Under the pieces are notes generated by a model. It did not search any database. It saw nothing but the letters and a program-made list of their open reading frames with translations, and was not told the DNA's origin. From NCBI GenBank assembly GCA_951406725.2, contig OX597814.1, positions 197,036,001 to 197,100,000 on the forward strand: DNA of 64,000 nt, given 5' to 3'. The translations under genes and the position numbers were made by a program. The stretch is from Octopus vulgaris (taxonomy: Eukaryota). Of the stretch, positions 56,893 through 64,000 are shown piece by piece (the stretch's first letter is position 1; each line of letters opens with the position of its first letter).

Positions 56893-57253
56893 ACATACAT
56901 ATATATATATATGTGTGTATGTATGTGTGTATGTATGTGTATATGTATGTGTGTATGTATGTGTATATGTATGTGTGTATGTGTATATGTATGTGTATAT
57001 GTATGTATATATGTATGTATACATGTATATCTATGTGTATGTATTCATGTATATATATATATATGTGTATATATATATGTAAATGTATATATGTATATAT
57101 GTATATATATGTATATGTATATATGTATGTATATATGTATGTGTATATGTATATGTGCATATGTATATGTCTATATGTGTGTATATATATGTGTGTATAT
57201 ATGTGTGTATATATGTGTGTGTATGTATATATATATATGTATATGTATATATA

Positions 57254-57284
<31 letters not shown>

Positions 57285-57299
57285 GTGTATATATATATA

Positions 57300-57342
<43 letters not shown>

Positions 57343-57365
57343 TATATATATATATATGTTTGTGT
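56893..57365. repeat. (AT)/(GT)/(ATGT) compound microsatellite
   Basis: Directly visible. Confidence 0.95.
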
Positions 57366-57696
57366 ATAAAATGTGTAGTAAAAAATGTAAGAAATTCTAC
57401 AGAATATCATGATAAATTATTCTTTACTTATTAGCCAAAATGACTGAACCAAGATGCAAATCCGACATTCGTGAAATAGTATTTATGATATTCAGATATA
57501 CTAGCCCTTCAAGACTCTATATATCTATCTATACATAGTATACATGTGTATATACATATGTATATACACATATGTATGAATGTCTGTATTTACGTATCTA
57601 TTTATGTATATTCCTATTTCTCTCTCTCTCCCACTCTTTCTCTCGGTACGTATGTACATATATATATATGTGTGTATATATACATATGAATATATA

Positions 57697-57917
57697 TAAT
57701 AATTACTCACCATATCGCGGTTCACTTATTGCGGTTTATTATTTGAGCTTACGTCGATTCGTACGTGGTGTTGTTTTGCATTTATAATAATATAAATGTA
57801 TATAAAATTTGCAAATGATAAAAATATATGGAGTAGAATACTGTTTCTACTTAGCGGATTTTCACCTATCGGGAAAGGTTTTGGGACGTAACACCCGCAG
57901 TAGTCGAGGGATAACTG
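57697..57917. mobile_element. Tc1/pogo-type MITE, second copy
   Basis: Collinear with 14111-14349 (CCATATCGCGGTT, GCTTACGTCGATT, CTGTTTCTACTT.GCGGATTTTCAC, TAGTCGAGGGATAACTG|TA). Confidence 0.8.
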
Positions 57918-57919
57918 TA

Positions 57920-58259
57920 AATATATATGCATGTATATATGTATTTATATATATGCATGCATTTATATATATATATATATATATATGTTTTTATATATAT
58001 GTATTTATATTTATATATATCTGTATATATACGTATATATATGTGTGTATATATACTTATATATACGTATATATACGTATATATATATAGATATACGTAT
58101 ATATAAGTATATATACATATATATGTATGTATATGCATGTATATATGTGTATATATACTTATATATACATATGCATGTATATATGTGTATATATACTTAT
58201 ATATACATATATATGTATGTATATGTATGTATATGTATGTATATACATATATATATATA

Positions 58260-58301
<42 letters not shown>

Positions 58302-58494
58302 TATACATACATAGGCATATATATGCATATTCATACATATATATATATATATATTCATATACATACATATATATATATAATATATACATATATACACACA
58401 CATATATATATATATATATAGCAGCTAATATCATACTCAATATATATATATGTATGTATGCATATAAGTATATAAATATATATATATCTAAATA

Positions 58495-58535
<41 letters not shown>

Positions 58536-58545
58536 ACATACATGC
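57920..58545. repeat. (AT)n-rich compound microsatellite
   Basis: Directly visible. Confidence 0.95.
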
Positions 58546-59204
58546 ATGTTATAAATATGTGTGTGTGACTTTTGTGGTGGGGAAATGTGAGTACATATTT
58601 GTTTCTGGATGAATATTGAACATATTGTGCTCTGCCTGGCGCGGATATGCACCGTATTTAATTACACCACCTGCACATCACGTCTTACGTAATATCAATT
58701 TATATTATTCGATGGCAGATGTCTTTTACAACTGGAAATTTCCTATCTGACAAAACTTACCCCATGCCATTAAACCATGTGTATAGGACTGATTGATACA
58801 CAGGAAACATGAAACATATCTGAGACAGAAACACACCAAATTATGTCATCTTATGTAGTGATTGAGTTGTCATATACATTCATGTGAAAATCAAAACCTT
58901 GTTTCAGTTGCCACATTAAATCTCGGTTTGTGACACACTAATGCCACATGTGATGCAATTCAACATAGTCATATTTTCAAGAAATCTCCACTCGGAACTT
59001 ATTACCATACTACAATATTTTCGAATAGGGATCTACTACAGAGTGTCGAATGCTGTGCCTCAGTTTTAGGGTGAGGAGTAGATACAACAATAAGTAGTCC
59101 CTCAAAAATGCACATACATTGCATATACACAAAGAAAATTTTTAAGGGTATTGCATGGACTAAAAGCAATTATTCTGAAAGAAAAGTTGGAACAACCATT
59201 TCAT

Positions 59205-59360
59205 CATATATTTTTCTCTCTCAGATTTTCTTCGTCCTGTCGAAGAGAGTAAGCCCGAAATGTCTAAGACTTTTCTATTCTTCACGAGTGTGAAACTAAT
59301 ATAACTGCTTGTTATTCCTTCACCTGCCTTCTTCCTATTTTCTCTGTAAATTTGGACTAT
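59205..59360 (+). mobile_element. Decayed Penelope-like remnant, same family as 62415-62560
   Basis: CTGTCGAAGAGAGTAAGCCCGAAATGTCTAAGACTTTT...AAACTAATATAACTGCTTGTT. Confidence 0.6.
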
Positions 59361-59559
59361 GCACACACACACAAACACACACACGTATGTATGTTTGTAT
59401 GTATGATTGTATGTATGTATGTGCGTATGTATGTATGTATGTATGTATGTATGTATGTATGTATGTATGTATGTATGTATGTATGTATGTATGTATGTGG
59501 GTGTCTTTTCAAAATATTATTTAGTTTTAAAAGCCACATCAAACGCCATGATAGATTAA

Positions 59560-59792
59560 GGATGCGAATACAAGAGAGATGGTGAAACTCTGCATAAGGA
59601 GTAAGCAATCACCATGTATGCATATGTGTGGTTGTGTGAGTTCGTGTGTGTATGTGTGTGTGTGTCTATCTATATCTTTCCCCCAACATCGCTTGACAAC
59701 CGATGGTGGTTTGTTTACGCCCCCGTAAAAATAGCTGTTCAGCAAAAGAGACCGATAGAATAAGATCTTGGCTTACAAAGAATAAGCCCTGG
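59560..59792 (+). mobile_element. SINE family A 3' half, diverged
   Basis: CCCCAACATCGCTTGACAACCGATG...GCAAAAGAGACCGATAGAATAAG...GGCTTACAAAGAATAAG. Confidence 0.8.
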
Positions 59793-60017
59793 TCTAATTA
59801 ACTTAGTTACCATTAGTATCATTATTTTCTCATAATTGATTTTTTTTTCCGTTCCGGTCGTTAATATCGCCAAACATAATCGATGTTCGATATATGTTTG
59901 TGAATGTTGCTCTATTCTTAAGACTTCTGTTTCCATCGTTAGCTCACTCTTGATATCGATCAATGAATTCGATCACATACATAGCCAGCAATCAATTAAA
60001 TTCTCATCGTTAAAATA

Positions 60018-60500
60018 ATCATCATGATGGCCTTGTTCATGATCGTTATCATCATTCTCTTCGGCGTCGTCGTAGTCATCATCATCATCGTCATCATCAT
60101 CATCATCATCATCGTCATCATTACCATCCTCATCATCATCGTCATCATCAACATTACCATCATCATCACCATCGTCGTCGTCGTCGTCGCTGTAGACCTC
60201 AACGCTCACATTCTCATCGTTCTCATCACCATCATCATCATCATCATTATTATCATCATCAACATCATCCTCATCCTCATCATCTTCCTCTCATCATGCT
60301 CATGATCGTCATCATCGTCGACGCTCATTCGTTCTTATCGTCGTTGTTATTGTTATTATCACCATCACCTAGCAACAAGAACAGCGGCACCGTCGTCATT
60401 GTCATCGTAGTCGTTGTCATCATCATCATCGTCGTCATCATCTTCATCAAAGTCTTCACGTTTCCCACAGCTATAATCGTTGTCTTCATTGTTGCTATCG

Positions 60501-60545
<45 letters not shown>

Positions 60546-60815
60546 CCAATACCGTCGTCATCGTCATAATGATGATGATCATCATCATCATCATTATCAT
60601 CATCATCACTATCACCACCACCACCACCACCGCCGCCATCATCATCATCATCATCATCGTCATCATCATCATAGTTGTCTTCAGCTGTAGAAACAGCAGC
60701 TACAACAGCAACCACAGCAACAGCTGCAAAATAATACTCATCAGCAGCAGCATCATAATTAGCATAAACTCAAGCAGAATATCCACCCTACCACCAGCAC
60801 CCTCCTCATCACCAC

Positions 60816-60847
<32 letters not shown>

Positions 60848-60862
60848 CCATCATCATCGTCA
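60018..60862. repeat. Long degenerate (CAT/CGT/CAC)n trinucleotide region
   Basis: Directly visible; gives poly-I/S on the plus strand and poly-D/M on the minus strand. Confidence 0.92.
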
Positions 60863-61432
60863 GGACGATCACAGCTCTGATTTCCCCCTACCATCTCTAA
60901 CAACGTTTCCAGTAAAAACAAATTCTTAAAGAAGGATTTTTTTCTTTCTCTTCAAATATATTTCTGTCTGTTTTCTATTGAATAGTTTTCAATTAAAATA
61001 TAAATTTAATCAAATACAAACGATGCAATATCTTTAAACATTATGCGTGAATAAACAGCTAATGCAACATCATGATACGTTTGTTGTACGGAGAATGAGC
61101 GACGTAGTTGGCGAAAAATGATAGATCAAAATAAAAGATATACGAGCAGATATAGACATAGATAATACAATCTGACAGATAGAAAGAATAATATTCATAA
61201 ATACAAATAAACGAATGAGCAAAGGAAATTAGAAGAAAAAAATGAGTGAGAAAGAAAAGAAAAGAAAAGGAAGAAGACTTCGGCAGGAATGACTCGAAGA
61301 ACGAAAACAGGAAACGCGTAAAAAAGAAAAGAAATTCAGCAGACACAAAATGGTGGAAAATAAAGAAACAAAGAAGCGAAAAATATACGGAAGAATAGTG
61401 TAAAAAAATGTAACAAAATATATAGAAATCAC

Positions 61433-61503
<71 letters not shown>

Positions 61504-61738
61504 ATGTGCGTATAAATGTAGATATACACATACATGTATACACATTTATATATTTCTGTATGTGTATACAAAAAATAAGATAAGTATATGCGTATATATA
61601 TATATATATGTGTGTATGTATGTGTGTATATATATATATATATCATATCATGTTTTATCATCTTCCTCCCTACATATTCTACCAACGGCATTACTAGACT
61701 TCAACCATGTTGCGTGAGATACACGCCAGCACACGCAC

Positions 61739-61823
<85 letters not shown>

Positions 61824-61916
61824 CACATACATTCATATACAACAGTATGTATATATATAAGTAAATGTGTTTGCATATATATATATATGTATGTATATAT
61901 ATATGCATGTATCGAG

Positions 61917-61961
<45 letters not shown>

Positions 61962-62414
61962 CATGTATCGAGATATATATGTGTGAGTGTGTGTGTGTAT
62001 ATATATATATATATGTATATATATATTTAAATGTATTTGTGTAAGTAATATATATATATATATAAACCGTATCATTGTTCCAGCGTTGTTTCTTACAGAA
62101 TCAGTTTGTATTCGCATAACCTGGAACTGCTTTATGAGACAGCTGTGTGCTCCCACGTAATCAACATTCTGGAAGGCTTTTCATGCTGTAAATAATCTCA
62201 CACATTACCGAGGTTTTCTGGGGTGTTTTTTTCGTAATTTCTTTTAAAATTCTATTCTAATCTACTCTGCAAATAAGACATCCAATCATATACGACGCAC
62301 AGATAACTCTACTTCATCTCATCTACATTGTATTGATATATTTATATTCATACTTACATATGTAACTATATAATTATATGTATGAAATTTATTGAATAAC
62401 AAGAAAAGCAATAG

Positions 62415-62560
62415 AAATTTATAGAAAGACGGAGACAGGTGTAGGAACAAGCAAGTGTATTAGTTTGACGCTCGGGGAAAATGGAAGTCTTTTACGTTTC
62501 GAGCCTGCGCTCTTCGTCAGAAACGAGGAAAAAGTGGGAAAAAATATCACAGGGAGAGAA
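62415..62560 (-). mobile_element. Penelope-like remnant carrying an intact hammerhead core
   Basis: Homologous to 25697-25876 and 59205-59360. Confidence 0.7.
62490..62523 (-). ncRNA. Minimal type-I hammerhead ribozyme motif, canonical core
   Basis: Minus strand TTT-CTGACGA-A-GAGC-GCAG-GCTC-GAA-ACGT-A-AAA: full CUGANGA/GAAA/GUA core, 4 bp stem II, palindromic ACGT stem III, 3 bp stem I. Confidence 0.7.
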
Positions 62561-62706
62561 TGTTTATGTCCCCGAAATTTAGTGTTTCAGCACAAGAGAC
62601 CGATCGAATAAGTAGTAGGTTAATAAAGAACAGGTCCTTTGTTCGACTGAAGGAGGTGCTCCAGTATGGCTGCAGTGAAGTGACTGAAAGAAGTAAAAGA
62701 GTAAAG
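62561..62706 (+). mobile_element. SINE family A 3' fragment
   Basis: GAGACCGATCGAATAAGTAGTAGG...GGTGCTCCAGTATGGCTGCAG...GTAAAAGAGTAAA. Confidence 0.8.
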
Positions 62707-62987
62707 GAACTAAGCAGTGGGGTCGACCTGTTTGAAAGCTTGGTCAGCGTCCAATAACAAAAACAAAAGATAACAGATGATATGTGTGTGTGAGTGTGTG
62801 CACGTATGTGCGTGTGTGTGTGTGTGTTTGTGTACACAGATACATGCCCACCTAGTTACATACGTATACGTACAAAGATGCGCACGCAAACTACAGATTT
62901 TCATAGACATACGCGAAACGGTGACACACCTGCAGACTAACCTAAGCATATACATTTTCACACGAGGAGGCCGGCCAATAGATATAT

Positions 62988-63400
62988 ATTTCTTTATTGC
63001 CCACAATGAGCTAAGCATAGAGGGGACAAACAAGGACAGACATAGGTATTAAGTCGATTACATCGACCCCAGTGCGTAACTGGTACTTTATTTATCGACC
63101 CCGAGAGGATGAAAGGCAAAGTCTACCCCGGCGGAATTTGAACTCAGAACGTAACGACAGACGAAATACCTATTTCTTTATTACCCACAAGGGGCTAAAC
63201 ATAGAGGGGACAAACAAGGACAGACATAGGTATTAAGTCGATTATATTGACCCCCAGTGCGTAACTGGTACTTAATTTATCGACCCCGAAAGGATGAAAG
63301 GCAAAGTCGACCTCGGCGGAATTTGAACTCACAACGTAACGCAGACGAAATATCGCTAAGCATTTCGTTCGGCGCGCTAACGTTTCTGCCAGCTCGCCGC
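62988..63400 (-). mobile_element. Head-to-tail dimer of SINE family B
   Basis: 63172-63400 is a full copy; 62988-63171 is a second copy lacking the first ~45 nt. Confidence 0.92.
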
Positions 63401-63617
63401 CTGCCGGCCAATAGATGTGCTCGTGTAAGCACATTTACGTTGCAGACTAGCGGAACTAGTTTTTATAAAACCTAATATGCTATCGTTTCGTCTTTTGTAC
63501 GAAACGTTTCATTTAATTGAAAATATTTGACATCGTCAGACGAAACGGAAGTCTAAACAAGAGGCCATTGTTACGTTTTTAGCTACTATCATTATCTAAT
63601 GAATACATGTTTTATAT

Positions 63618-64000
63618 TTTACGTGTTTCAGTCATTAGAGTGAGGCCATACTGGAGCAATGTATTGAAGAATTTTCAAACAAATTAGTCGAGCCAATTGC
63701 TTTTTTTTAAACTTGTTTCAGGCATTTGACTGCGGCCGTGCTCGAGCACCCACTTTCGGCAAACGAATCGATCCCCAGGCCTTATTCTTAATAAGCCTAG
63801 CATTAATTTCACCGGTCTCTTTTGCCAAACCGCTAAGGTTCGGGGTCGTAAGCACACCAACACTGGTTGTCAAGCGATGGTAGGGTTATAAACACACACA
63901 CAAACATATACATATATATATACTCGACCGTCTTCTTTCAGTTTCCGTCTACCAAATCCCTTTACGAGGATTTGGTTGGCCTGAGACTATACTAGAAGGC
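63618..64000 (-). mobile_element. SINE family A running off the window end, preceded by an extra decayed tail
   Basis: CTTGTTTCAGGCATTTGACTGCGG...CTTCTTTCAGTTTCCGTCTACCAAATCC. Confidence 0.85.

Noticed and set aside
59973-60921. Poly-Asp acidic ORFs resembling biomineralisation proteins
   Set aside because: The (GAT)n region is open in all frames, the frames are interrupted, and there is no signal peptide or splice support.

Overview
This is an AT-rich, microsatellite-saturated eukaryotic non-coding window. The SINE families and (AT)n/(CA)n/(CTAT)n load point to an octopus (coleoid cephalopod) genome; this is inferred from recalled repeat families, not from a database search. I found no credible host protein-coding gene, and almost all entries in the ORF track are translations of simple repeats. 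The window holds about 30 copies or fragments of three tRNA-derived SINE groups, dead LINE fragments of three clades (RTE/BovB, CR1, R4/Dong), two Tc1/pogo-type MITEs and two non-autonomous Helitron-like elements. The most interesting signal is a set of short elements, mostly embedded in (TA)n, that carry minimal type-I hammerhead ribozyme motifs of the Penelope-like-element kind. These include non-canonical cores (U3-A8 covariant, U4C), and several are folded into 90-300 bp palindromes. A 1.8 kb nested fold-back at 31.0-32.8 kb may be real or an assembly artefact. All alignments and folds were done by eye.
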